Origin: Ignavibacteriota bacterium
GTDB lineage: Bacteria; Bacteroidota; Ignavibacteria; Palsa-1295
Length of the DNA: 64,000 nucleotides
Assembly: GCA_963787835.1 (NCBI GenBank)
Contig: CAWBEI010000005.1
Location: forward strand, 160,001-224,000
Direction of reading: 5' to 3'
In this document: positions 40,754 through 49,776 of the stretch, in pieces
How positions within the stretch are numbered: position 1 is the first letter of the stretch
Layout: every line of letters starts with the position of its first letter
Translations under genes and position numbers: made by a program
Notes under the pieces: model-generated
The model's database searches: none
What the model was told of the DNA's origin: nothing
What the model saw: the letters and a program-made list of their open reading frames with translations, nothing else

Positions 40754-40767
40754 AATAGGCACCTATT
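40754..40767. promoter_or_regulatory. Perfect palindrome AATAGG-CA-CCTATT upstream of ORF6N
   Basis: Seen directly, 44 nt upstream of the ORF6N ATG. Confidence 0.7.
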
Positions 40768-40810
40768 GCGGGTTCCATCCATCCAACAATTTCGTTCGTT
40801 TTTAACGGGC

Positions 40811-42946
40811 TCACTTTTTCCTCTCATCAAACGCCCGCACAAAGCGCAATTCCTCGTAGGTGAAACCATCACCCAACTGCTCCTTCACGGGCCCCAGAGC
40901 GGCATAGCCAGCCTTCTGAAATGCAGCACGAATGGGTGCAAGCTTGGCAGGCTCGACCAATGAATCTATAGATGTAATATCCCCATTCTGGATCAGTGCG
41001 GCTAAGTGACTGCTGATGGTGCTAACGGAAAATCCTCGCAAGCCCGCGATCTTTGCAAGCGAGTAACCTTTTCGGAAATATGCCAGCGTATCGATCGCGC
41101 TATCTGTAACCTTTTCTTCGCGCGGCGCGTGATGCACAACATCCGTTCCCGCAATGCCGGGATTCTCTTTCTTGAATGTTCGCACCACGCTTAAGAATTG
41201 CATCCCGTATTGCCGCGCCTTCACCTCGCCAACGCCGGAAATGGCAAGGAACTCCTGCCCATCCACCGGCAGCCGCGCCGCGATCTCCTTCAGCGTATAA
41301 TCGTTGAAAATAACATACGGCGGCACCGATTGCTGCTCGGCGATCGTGCGGCGCAGTTGCCGCAGCGATTCGAACAGCTTCATGTTCGGCGCGGGAAGTT
41401 CTACAGCCTCGCGCGAAACGCGCTCGATATGTTTCGGATGGTCTAACGTGACCTGCAATCCATTCTTCAGCACGTCCCAACCCTTGCGAGTAAGTTTTAC
41501 TACGCTGAAATGATCGTGATCCTGCACGATGAGTCCCTGGCGGCGGAACTCGTTCGCAAAATGCCGCCATTCTTCTTTCTTATATTCATGGCCTACGCCA
41601 TACGTCGGCAGTTCGTGGTGACGGAAATCCTGTATCTTCTGTCCGCGTGAACCTTTCAGTACATCGATAACGTGCGCCTGACCGAAATTTTCCTTCAGCC
41701 GCACCACGCACGAAAGAAACATCTGCGCCAGTCGCGTCCCATCGAAGGTTTCTGCATTCTGCGTGGAAAGGCAATTATCGCACGTCCCGCAATTCGTACT
41801 CGGATAATTCTCCCCAAAATATCCGAGCAGCATTTTGCGCCGGCACGTAGTTGTTTCCGCAAGATCGACCATCCTATCAAGTTCCTGAATGGCGCGCACG
41901 CGTTCTTCCGGAGTTTTATCTTCGAAGAACATCATGTATTTCTGCCTATCGCCGCTCGCATAGAAGAGGATGCAATCGCTGGAAAGCCCATCGCGTCCGG
42001 CGCGTCCCGTTTCCTGATAATAGCTGGGAATGTTCTTCGGAATATCGTAATGCACGACGAATCGCACGTTCGGCTTATCGATCCCCATGCCGAATGCGAT
42101 CGTGGCGCAGATAATATCTACTTTATCGCGATCGAACAGTTCTTGTGTCTTGGCGCGGACATTCCTTTCCAGTCCCGCGTGATAGGCCATTGCATTATGC
42201 CCCTGCGCTTTGAGCGATTCGGCCAGACGTTCCGTTCCATCGCGGCTGAGGCAATAAACAATACCCGATTCTCCCTTTTTCTTATCAAGATAACCAACAA
42301 GCTGAGCCATCCCGCCTCGCTTTGGCCACACCTGATAGATCAGATTCTTTCGGTCGAAGCTCGCACGAAAGATATTGGTATCCGCGCGAAGTTGCAGTTG
42401 TTCGAGAATATCGATAAGAACCTGCTCCGTCGCCGTCGCCGTAACAGCCATGATCGGCGCATTTGGGAACCGCTCCCGTAGAATCCGAAGATTCCGGTAA
42501 TCCGCACGGAAATCATGTCCCCACTCTGAAATGCAATGCGCTTCATCTACCACGCAGAGTGAGATGTTGATCTCTTCGAGAAATTCGAGAAAACCAGGCG
42601 AAGGAAATCGCTCCGGCGCAACATAGAGTAATTTATACTTACCTTCTTTAAGCTCCTTTATACGAGAGTAAAGCTCTCGTCCATCGAGCGAGCTATTGAG
42701 AAAGGTTGCGGGAATCCCGGCCGCATTCAATCCATCCACCTGATCCTTCATCAGCGCGATGAGCGGACTAATCACAATAGTCACTCCCGGCAAGAGCACA
42801 GCCGGAAGCTGAAAGCACAGCGATTTCCCAGCACCCGTTGGCATCAGCGCGAAAACATCGTTTCCGGCAAGCACCGCCTCCACGATCTCGCGCTGGAGCG
42901 GACGAAACGAATCGAATCCGAAATATTTTTTTAGTGCGTCGAGCAT
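40811..42946 (-). CDS. recQ: DNA helicase RecQ (with HRDC and HTH domains)
   Basis: MPTGAGKSLCFQLP, VDEAHCISEWGHDFR, ATIAFGMGIDKPNVR, QETGRAGRDG. Confidence 0.97.
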   Translation of the reverse strand: MLDALKKYFGFDSFRPLQREIVEAVLAGNDVFALMPTGAGKSLCFQLPAVLLPGVTIVISPLIALMKDQVDGLNAAGIPATFLNSSLDGRELYSRIKELKEGKYKLLYVAPERFPSPGFLEFLEEINISLCVVDEAHCISEWGHDFRADYRNLRILRERFPNAPIMAVTATATEQVLIDILEQLQLRADTNIFRASFDRKNLIYQVWPKRGGMAQLVGYLDKKKGESGIVYCLSRDGTERLAESLKAQGHNAMAYHAGLERNVRAKTQELFDRDKVDIICATIAFGMGIDKPNVRFVVHYDIPKNIPSYYQETGRAGRDGLSSDCILFYASGDRQKYMMFFEDKTPEERVRAIQELDRMVDLAETTTCRRKMLLGYFGENYPSTNCGTCDNCLSTQNAETFDGTRLAQMFLSCVVRLKENFGQAHVIDVLKGSRGQKIQDFRHHELPTYGVGHEYKKEEWRHFANEFRRQGLIVQDHDHFSVVKLTRKGWDVLKNGLQVTLDHPKHIERVSREAVELPAPNMKLFESLRQLRRTIAEQQSVPPYVIFNDYTLKEIAARLPVDGQEFLAISGVGEVKARQYGMQFLSVVRTFKKENPGIAGTDVVHHAPREEKVTDSAIDTLAYFRKGYSLAKIAGLRGFSVSTISSHLAALIQNGDITSIDSLVEPAKLAPIRAAFQKAGYAALGPVKEQLGDGFTYEELRFVRAFDERKK

Positions 42947-42950
42947 TATT

Positions 42951-43007
42951 GTGTAGAACGGGTTTTAACCCGTTCAAATCTTCTCCGGGTTAAAACCCGG
43001 AGTACAC
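42951..43007. repeat. GTAG-type REP pair
   Basis: gtgtagaacgggttttaacccgttc / ccgggttaaaacccggagtacac. Confidence 0.75.
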
Positions 43008-43013
43008 CTTCTT

Positions 43014-43046
43014 TGTTGGTGCCCATCATCCAATCTCCTAATATAC
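43014..43046 (-). promoter_or_regulatory. GTATATTAG-N10-GATGGGCACC motif upstream of recQ (divergent from ruvA)
   Basis: + strand ggtgcccatc-atccaatctc-ctaatatac. Confidence 0.7.
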
Positions 43047-43051
43047 GCTAA

Positions 43052-43645
43052 ATGATTTCCCTCATTCGCGGAAAGCTCCATTTTCGTTCGCCATACACGC
43101 TCGTGATCGAGGCGGGTGGGGTGGGCTATGAACTGCTCTGCACACAGGAAGCTTATGACCGCGCCGCCGTCATCGGCGAGGAATACGAGATTTGGACGCG
43201 CCTTGTCGTCCGCGAGGATTCCATGACGCTCTTCGGCTTTGCCTCGCTTGCGGAGCGCGCGCTGTTCGATCAGCTTGTGGCGATAAGCGGCATCGGCCCG
43301 AAAAGCGCGATAGCTATTCTTTCCGGCATTGGCGAAGCACCTTTGCGCGAAGCCATCCGCGCCAGCGATGTTCACCGCCTCATCGGCATCCCCGGCATTG
43401 GTCGCAAAACCGCCGAGCGGCTTATCGTTGAGCTTAGAGACAAGCTTCTCAAAGAAGAAATTCTCTCCACCGAGTCCACTCCGTCCACCAGAATACGAAC
43501 CGATGCATTACAGGCGCTGCTTGCCTTAGGCTATCAGCGTAACGCGGCAGAGAAAGCCATTCGGGATGTGGTGCGTGATCAGCCGGAAATGCTTGCGAAT
43601 GTCGAGAAGTTGATCAAGGCGGCATTGAAGGAGGTTAATGCATAG
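43052..43645 (+). CDS. ruvA: Holliday junction branch migration protein RuvA
   Basis: GGVGYE...VRED..LFGF...SGIGPK...IPGIGRKTAERL..EL. Confidence 0.97.
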   Translation: MISLIRGKLHFRSPYTLVIEAGGVGYELLCTQEAYDRAAVIGEEYEIWTRLVVREDSMTLFGFASLAERALFDQLVAISGIGPKSAIAILSGIGEAPLREAIRASDVHRLIGIPGIGRKTAERLIVELRDKLLKEEILSTESTPSTRIRTDALQALLALGYQRNAAEKAIRDVVRDQPEMLANVEKLIKAALKEVNA

Positions 43646-43653
43646 CCGCTGAT

Positions 43654-44748
43654 TCAATCCTGCATTACCTCTTTCTCCAATTCCTTTCCTAACGTCTCTG
43701 CTTCATCGCTGTTGAAAAACATGACAATTCCGCGACCAGAATTTAAATTCAGTTTGAAAAAGGAATAGAATCCCTGATGCTCGCCAGAGTGATCGATTGC
43801 CGTAACGTTATTTTTTCGAGAAACAAACACCCCGAGACCCGGTACGGATTCTTCTGAGTTCCCAAGCATTTGACGAACATCCTCCGAGTTCAATATGGTT
43901 CCATGGTCTCCTCTTGCATGAACGATTTCCAACAATAGCTTTGCGTAATCTTCGGCTGTTGTCCAAAGACCACCGGCTGCAAGTGCGGGGTAGATCATTG
44001 AGTGACCATTTACGATCTTACCGGCGTGATAACCGAACGCACAATTAGGGTCGTGAAGCGGAGGAAAGTAGGTGCTACGGTCAAGCGCGAGAGGGTGCAA
44101 AATCGTTTGTGTTACAAGGGAATCGTATTGCATATGTGCGATCGTTTCGATCGCAATCTGCGAAATCAGTACACCTCCGCCGGAGTATTTGTATTCGCCG
44201 ATTGGATATTCTCGTCGGACAGGAGGATTTTTTGCTGGATATTTTCCCCGTAATACGTCCCATTCTGTTGGAACGTATCCGTCAGCGAGATAGCCGTTGA
44301 ATCCGTGAATGTTGAACCCGGCAGTGTGCGAAAGCAATTGCCGGAGTGTGAGCGGTTGTCCGCCGCATAGATCGCTGCCAACAATACTGCACAGATTCGA
44401 ATCGAGCGTGATGAGCCTGTGATCGACGAGGTGAAGCGTGAGCATCGCATTAGGGAGCTTCGAAAGTGAAGCGGCCTGAAACAACGTGTTCGTATCGACC
44501 GGCTCATTATTGTCCGTCTCCCGATATCCGAGCGCACCATACCATGTAATTGCTCCATGATCGATAATAGCCATGCTGACTCCTGGCACATTATAATGAT
44601 GCAGTCGTTCGAGAACGTGCGCTCGCCAATTAGACTGATCGTTCCATAGATGGTTGCCCCCTGCCGAAGGAAAAAAGGAGAGAGAGACAAAGGCAAGAAG
44701 AAGCCATGAAACAATGCATACTGCCTTTTTTCTTTGGGATTTTCTCAT
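43654..44748 (-). CDS. Serine hydrolase, beta-lactamase class C/AmpC-like
   Basis: FQAASLSK (SxxK), LLSHTAG, YKYSGGG, HSG. Confidence 0.88.
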   Translation of the reverse strand: MRKSQRKKAVCIVSWLLLAFVSLSFFPSAGGNHLWNDQSNWRAHVLERLHHYNVPGVSMAIIDHGAITWYGALGYRETDNNEPVDTNTLFQAASLSKLPNAMLTLHLVDHRLITLDSNLCSIVGSDLCGGQPLTLRQLLSHTAGFNIHGFNGYLADGYVPTEWDVLRGKYPAKNPPVRREYPIGEYKYSGGGVLISQIAIETIAHMQYDSLVTQTILHPLALDRSTYFPPLHDPNCAFGYHAGKIVNGHSMIYPALAAGGLWTTAEDYAKLLLEIVHARGDHGTILNSEDVRQMLGNSEESVPGLGVFVSRKNNVTAIDHSGEHQGFYSFFKLNLNSGRGIVMFFNSDEAETLGKELEKEVMQD

Positions 44749-44766
44749 CCAAAAAAATTTTCAAAC

Positions 44767-45726
44767 CTAATTAAGCACCGGCAGCAACTCCGCTTTCTCC
44801 GGTTCACCGCACATTTTGTAGATGGCGTCAGCGACGCGCTGCATGAGCCATTGCGGGGTGCTTGTCGCGCCGGTGATGGCAACGGTTTCGGCATTGTCGA
44901 ACCACGACAAATCCAGTTCCCGCTCGTCTTCGATGAAATGCGTGCGCGGGTTTGCTTCGCGAGCTATGTTATAGAGCACAACGCCATTCGAGCTGTTGCG
45001 TCCGGCGACGAAAACGATCACATCCTGCGTTTTCACAAGCTCGACAAGTTTGTTCTCGCGTCCCGATACTTGTCCGCAGATGGTATCTTTCGCTTGAAAT
45101 TCGATCGCGGTTTCTTCCATTGTATCGACCACGAGATCGGCGATGCGTTCTTTCAATCGGTCGCGGATCTCACGGAAAGTGGGGCGGTCCATAGTCGTTT
45201 GCGAGAAGATAACGGTCGGGCGGTCAAACTTAATTTTCGATAATGCCTCTTCGACCGATTTAATGACAATGGCCTCGTCATTCACCACGCCGCGAAGCCC
45301 AATCACTTCCGCATGATCCTTTTTTCCGAAGATAACGATCTGGTAACCTTTTTCGTAGAACTTGTAAATGCGCTCCTGCACTTTCGCAACGACGGGACAA
45401 GTGGCATCGACCATGCCAAGCCCCAGTTCGCGCATCTTTTCAAAGGTGGAGGGCGGTTCGCCATGTGCGCGAATGAGGATCTTGGAATCAATGCCAAGTG
45501 CTCGATTTTCTTCGGCAATGCGCTCGAAATCGGAGTGGGTGATGGTTTCAAGTCCTTCCGACCGGAGCCGGTCCACTTCCACCGGATTATGAATAATATC
45601 GCCAAGAGAATACAGCTTAGGCGCGCGCCCATTGCCGGATTGCCCGGCAAGCTCGGCCTCGGCGAAATTCACTGCGCGAACCACGCCCCAGCAAAATCCC
45701 GAATTTTTATCGACGGTAACGATCAT
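44767..45726 (-). CDS. ispH: 4-hydroxy-3-methylbut-2-enyl diphosphate reductase
   Basis: GFCWGVVRA, IIHNP, DATCPVV, DTICGQV, SSNG, TGATSTP. Confidence 0.96.
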   Translation of the reverse strand: MIVTVDKNSGFCWGVVRAVNFAEAELAGQSGNGRAPKLYSLGDIIHNPVEVDRLRSEGLETITHSDFERIAEENRALGIDSKILIRAHGEPPSTFEKMRELGLGMVDATCPVVAKVQERIYKFYEKGYQIVIFGKKDHAEVIGLRGVVNDEAIVIKSVEEALSKIKFDRPTVIFSQTTMDRPTFREIRDRLKERIADLVVDTMEETAIEFQAKDTICGQVSGRENKLVELVKTQDVIVFVAGRNSSNGVVLYNIAREANPRTHFIEDERELDLSWFDNAETVAITGATSTPQWLMQRVADAIYKMCGEPEKAELLPVLN

Positions 45727-45762
45727 TTTGCTTTAAAACGTGAGTTAGTCGAATTAGTTACC

Positions 45763-46307
45763 TCAATTAACATATCCGATTTGAAAGATCGTCGGAAAAG
45801 GATGATACGCATTGAAGTTTTTAAAAAGTCTGGAGAGAACCCTGCTTGTACAAAAAATCCTTTGCCATTAAATGCTATCGCAATTCCATAATTTGAATTC
45901 CAATTGCCATTAGGCTCATCGATGCTGGATGTAAAAAATCTGTAATAAAAAGCAGAGCATTCGACTAATTCACTCTTTCCTCTGGCGAGCACAAAACAGA
46001 GATCGGCCTGTTCTCCAACGATGGAAGCAAGAATCCAGGGAAAAGCACCAGCCTCCAGACGAATTCCAAATCGGTGATAATAACCCTCGCCAATAAAATT
46101 GATTCCGCCAGGGGTTCCTATCGTTCCACCAAATGCTACATTATCTTCCAGATATTTTTTGGATTCGGACTGGTGGCCCATGAAATGGGTAGAATCTACG
46201 ATAGAATCTCGGGTGCTATCGCCCGTTGCCGTATGGCCGCCAGCGAATTGAGCCTTCGCAGGGCCAGTCAAGGCGCATAAAACTAAGATAAGACGCCAGT
46301 GTTGCAC
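45763..46307 (-). CDS. Putative outer-membrane beta-barrel protein, probably frameshifted near 45822
   Basis: GTG at 46307 followed by a signal peptide; GGTIGTPGGIN beta strands; the -1 frame after T5A5 gives ...PFPTIFQIGYVN*. Confidence 0.55.
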
Positions 46308-46321
46308 AGCTGAAACAATTG

Positions 46322-46393
46322 TGACCCCGGGCGGGCTCGAACCGACGACCCTCTGATTAAAAGTCAGATGCTCTACCACTGAGCTACGGGATC
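46322..46393 (-). tRNA. tRNA-Lys (TTT), CCA not encoded
   Basis: GATCCCG-TAGCTCAGTGGTAGAGCA-TCTGA-CTTTTAA-TCAGA-GGGTC-GTCGG-TTCGAGC-CCGCC-CGGGGTC-A; one mismatch in the T stem. Confidence 0.93.
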
Positions 46394-46402
46394 AAACCAA
46401 TG

Positions 46403-46509
46403 ATGAATTAAGAATTAAAAATTAAGAATTAGGCTCGAAACCCATCACGGTGAGCCGCCCAAACGAGTAAAGTCATCTCAAAAATCCCATTAATCCCATA
46501 AATCCCGGT
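46403..46509. repeat. Heptamer (GAATTAA) tract and nonamer (AATCCCATn) tract
   Basis: gaattaagaattaaaaattaagaatt and aatcccatt-aatcccata-aatcccggt. Confidence 0.65.
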
Positions 46510-46560
46510 ACCGTTCATCTTATTTTGAACGGATTTTGCGAGAAAGCGGGTTTAACGGGC

Positions 46561-47911
46561 ATGAAACATTCGGATTATATCGGCGACCTGAGCGAGCACA
46601 TGGGCGAGGAAGTTACCCTGAGCGGTTGGCTTTCACACAAGCGGTCGAGCGGGAAGATACAATTTTTGATGCTCCGCGATGGCACCGGCGTGTGCCAGTG
46701 CGTTGTGATGAAGAATGCAGTAGATGAAGCCAGCTACGCTCTCGCCAATGAACTGACACAGGAATCCACCTTTGCCGTAACCGGTAAAGTACAGGAAGCG
46801 AAAGGGAAGGCTCCCGGCGACATCGAACTGTTCGTTTCGAAGCTCGAAACGATCTCGATCGCTACCGATTATCCCATCACGCCGAAAGAACACGGTATTG
46901 AATACCTGATGCAGCATCGGCATTTGTGGCTGCGCCATACGCGACCCTGGGCTACCATGCGGGTGCGTGATACCATGATCGTGGCCATTCGGGATTTTTT
47001 CTACGAGCGTGGATTTATTTGCTTCGATGCCCCGATCCTGACACCGAATGCTGCAGAAGGTACGAGTACGTTGTTCGAGACGGAATATTTCGATGAGGGC
47101 AAGGCATATCTTTCGCAATCAGGTCAGCTTTATGGTGAAGTGGGCGCAATGGCGTTTGGGAAGGTTTATGTGTTCGGCCCCACGTTCCGCGCGGAACGCT
47201 CGAAGACAAAACGGCATCTGAACGAATTCTGGATGGTCGAGCCCGAAGTAGCTTTCATGGATCTGGAAGGGGATATGAAGCTCGCAGAGGAGTTCGTGCA
47301 TTATGTGGTTGGCCGCGTGCTGGATGAGCGAAGCGCGGAACTCACCATGCTTGATGAAGGTAAGGGTTCTCATCCAGCGTGCTCAGCGTGTACTGAAGCC
47401 GTTTCACAGGATGCATTATGATGAAGCGGCAAAGATTCTAGATAAATACTGGGATGAAAAATTAACCTCAGGAGAAGAGTTACCACCAACATTCAAGCGA
47501 TTCGAATATGGCGATGATTTCGGTGCTTATGATGAAGTTGCGTTGACATCTCTCTATGATGCACCGGTAATAGTTCACCACTATCCCGCAGCCGTGAAAG
47601 CGTTTTATATGAAACGCGATCCAAACGAACCGGATAAAGCGCTGGCGATGGATGTGCTCTTTCCAGAGTTCGGCGAGATCATCGGTGGCTCCCAGCGTGA
47701 AGACGATTTAACCAAGTTGCAGGCTCGGTTAGCGGAACATCATCTTCCGGAATCCGTCTTTGAATGGTATCTCGACCTTCGGAGATATGGAAGCGTTCCG
47801 CACGCAGGTTTTGGACTCGGACTTGAACGGTTAGTAATGTGGGTCTGCGATCTGGAGCATATTCGTGAAGCGATTCCATTCCCGAGGACGCTTACAAGAA
47901 TATGGCCATGA
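46561..47911 (+). CDS. asnS: Asparagine--tRNA ligase, with a 1-nt frame disruption at about 47367
   Basis: [39 protein letters not shown] in the first frame; [32 protein letters not shown] in the second. Confidence 0.93.
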
Positions 47912-48516
47912 TACACACAAAAGAAAAAACACATCATTCATTATTCGGTGCATTATTAATTCCCATTATCGTCGTATCGCTTATTAGCGGTTCTGCATTC
48001 GGTCAAACGATGATAACGGCAGGGCAAGCCGGCGTGCAGCGCGTGTTCGCTGACAATTACATGGGCGTCGGTTTCAGCGCGAGCTTCGTCTCGGGTGTGG
48101 GTCTGACGCTGAAAGATCATCTTCCATACAGCCCGATCGCCATTCAGATCACAGGGATGCCATTCAAAGATGGCAACGTCGGCATGTACAACATCGGCGG
48201 CGAAATTCAATAGGATCTCTTTTTAGGCATTACTCGCCTTTATCTAGTTGGGGCCGCTGGGTATTATTATTACAGCGATGGTTCGCAAAATAATAATTAC
48301 CAGAATGGGTATGGATACAATGGCAACAATGCGAATACCAATAATTCAAGTGGGAATGAGCTTAGCTCGCCGTATCGTCTCGGATTCGGTCTTGGTTACG
48401 AAATTCCCTATGGCCGCAACGTCGGCATGACCTTGAACCTGATGTTCACCGCCTTTATGCCTTCGGGCGATATTATTCCCACGCCTTCGATCGGGTTTGT
48501 GGGGTATTTTAGATAA
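47902..48516 (+). pseudogene. Outer-membrane beta-barrel protein interrupted by an in-frame TAG (48211-48213)
   Basis: The frame stays open for 100 codons after the TAG (DLFLGITRLYLVGAAGYYY...GFGLGYE...PSIGFVGYFR*). Confidence 0.7.
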
Positions 48517-48535
48517 GCAACCCAGAGAAAATTCA

Positions 48536-48781
48536 TTAGACTTGCGGCGGATTGGAGTTACGCTCTGAGAATACTTTCCGCAGCCAAACCAAACTCATAA
48601 TTGCAAAGAATCCATACTCCCACCACTTGTGAGAGCTAGAATAGGAGATTACTATTAGGATTGCGAAGTAGCCGAACAGTGCAACTCCTGTCACAATTAT
48701 CGCCGTTCTGCCCCAAGATTGCTTTCGAATGAGCTTCAAGGGCAAAAACGCAATAACTAAGAAAAAGGGTATCACTTCCAT
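48536..48781 (-). CDS. Small hypothetical membrane protein
   Basis: 81 aa, hydrophobic segments, AT-rich. Confidence 0.5.
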   Translation of the reverse strand: MEVIPFFLVIAFLPLKLIRKQSWGRTAIIVTGVALFGYFAILIVISYSSSHKWWEYGFFAIMSLVWLRKVFSERNSNPPQV

Positions 48782-48960
48782 AAGTTATAATACGAAAAGG
48801 TAAAACCGGCATTTCAAATTCATACTAACCGGCTGAAGGCTACACCGATTTGCATTCTCAAATGGCTTTGATGTTTTGCCAAATACTAAAACATTCAGAA
48901 ATCAGGTAGGTTGCTCTTCAATTTCGTAAATTTGTAGAAATTGCTTCGACAAATTTCCGA

Positions 48961-49470
48961 ATGACCCTTTCTGAAATCGCATTTTACGTTCTTAGCGCAG
49001 GCGCGATCATCTTCGCGCTGCTTACGATCACGCGCCGCTCGGCGGTCGTGAGTGCGCTGATGCTCGTGCTCACATTTTGCTTTCTTGCGGCAATTTACCT
49101 GACGCTTTCGGCGCAATTCCTTGCGGTTGTTCAGGTTGCAGTCTATGCCGGGGCTATCATGGTGCTGGTACTTTTCGTTATCATGCTGCTGAACCTCGAA
49201 AGCGAGGACATCCGAATCGCAAATAATTGGAAGGCAATGGTCGGGATTTTGGCTGTTCTCGGAGTGCTTGCCCAAATTCTTGCAATGATCTTCATGTCCC
49301 AGGATAAGCTGCCAAAATCGATTAGTCCACAGGCCGGAGTGCTCGGCACCACGGAATCCATTGGCCGCGCACTTTACACCGGATACTCCTTTCCATTTGA
49401 GATGGCATCGCTGATTCTTATCTCTGCGGCTGTCGGTGCGATCATTTTAGCTAAGAAGAAACTCGCATAA
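48961..49470 (+). CDS. nuoJ: NADH-quinone oxidoreductase subunit J
   Basis: QVAVYAGAIMVLVLFVIMLLNL, PFEMASLIL. Confidence 0.95.
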   Translation: MTLSEIAFYVLSAGAIIFALLTITRRSAVVSALMLVLTFCFLAAIYLTLSAQFLAVVQVAVYAGAIMVLVLFVIMLLNLESEDIRIANNWKAMVGILAVLGVLAQILAMIFMSQDKLPKSISPQAGVLGTTESIGRALYTGYSFPFEMASLILISAAVGAIILAKKKLA

Positions 49471-49773
49471 ATGGCACCTCTTTCACACTATCTTGCAGTT
49501 TCGGCGATCATTTTTGCGATCGGCACGGTGGGTGTGCTCATTCGCCGAAATGCGATCATCGTTTTTATGTGCGTGGAGCTGATGCTGAATGCCGTTAACC
49601 TCACGCTCATCGCGTTCTCCCAATTTTTAGGCGACCAGACCGGACAGATACTTGTATTTTTTGTTATGACGGTCGCTGCTGCGGAGGCAGCGGTCGGCCT
49701 TGCGATCATTATCTCGCTCTTCCGCAATAAGCAGACCGTGGATGTAACGAAAGTCAATATTTTGAAGTGGTAA
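49471..49773 (+). CDS. nuoK: NADH-quinone oxidoreductase subunit K
   Basis: [16 protein letters not shown]...[12 protein letters not shown]. Confidence 0.97.
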   Translation: MAPLSHYLAVSAIIFAIGTVGVLIRRNAIIVFMCVELMLNAVNLTLIAFSQFLGDQTGQILVFFVMTVAAAEAAVGLAIIISLFRNKQTVDVTKVNILKW

Positions 49774-49776
49774 TAC

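Noticed and set aside
41672-42481. Long antisense ORFs (also 1894-2451, 12529-13140, 45313-45891, etc.)
   Set aside because: Shadow frames of well-supported genes on the opposite strand.
46308-46379. N-terminal extension of ORF 45723..46379
   Set aside because: It is the translation of tRNA-Lys; the real start is probably GTG at 46307.
46322-46393. Genomic island integrated at tRNA-Lys
   Set aside because: No integrase and no duplicated tRNA 3' end found in the window.
48211-48213. Genome-wide TAG reassignment or pyrrolysine
   Set aside because: TAG is the normal stop of conserved genes here (hemA, ruvA, bS22, ABC permease, ccmD), and no pyl genes are seen.
49468-49482. AAATGGCACCTCTT as another dyad copy
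   Set aside because: Overlaps the nuoJ stop and nuoK start codons (MAP), has no GTATATTAG partner, and is probably coincidental.
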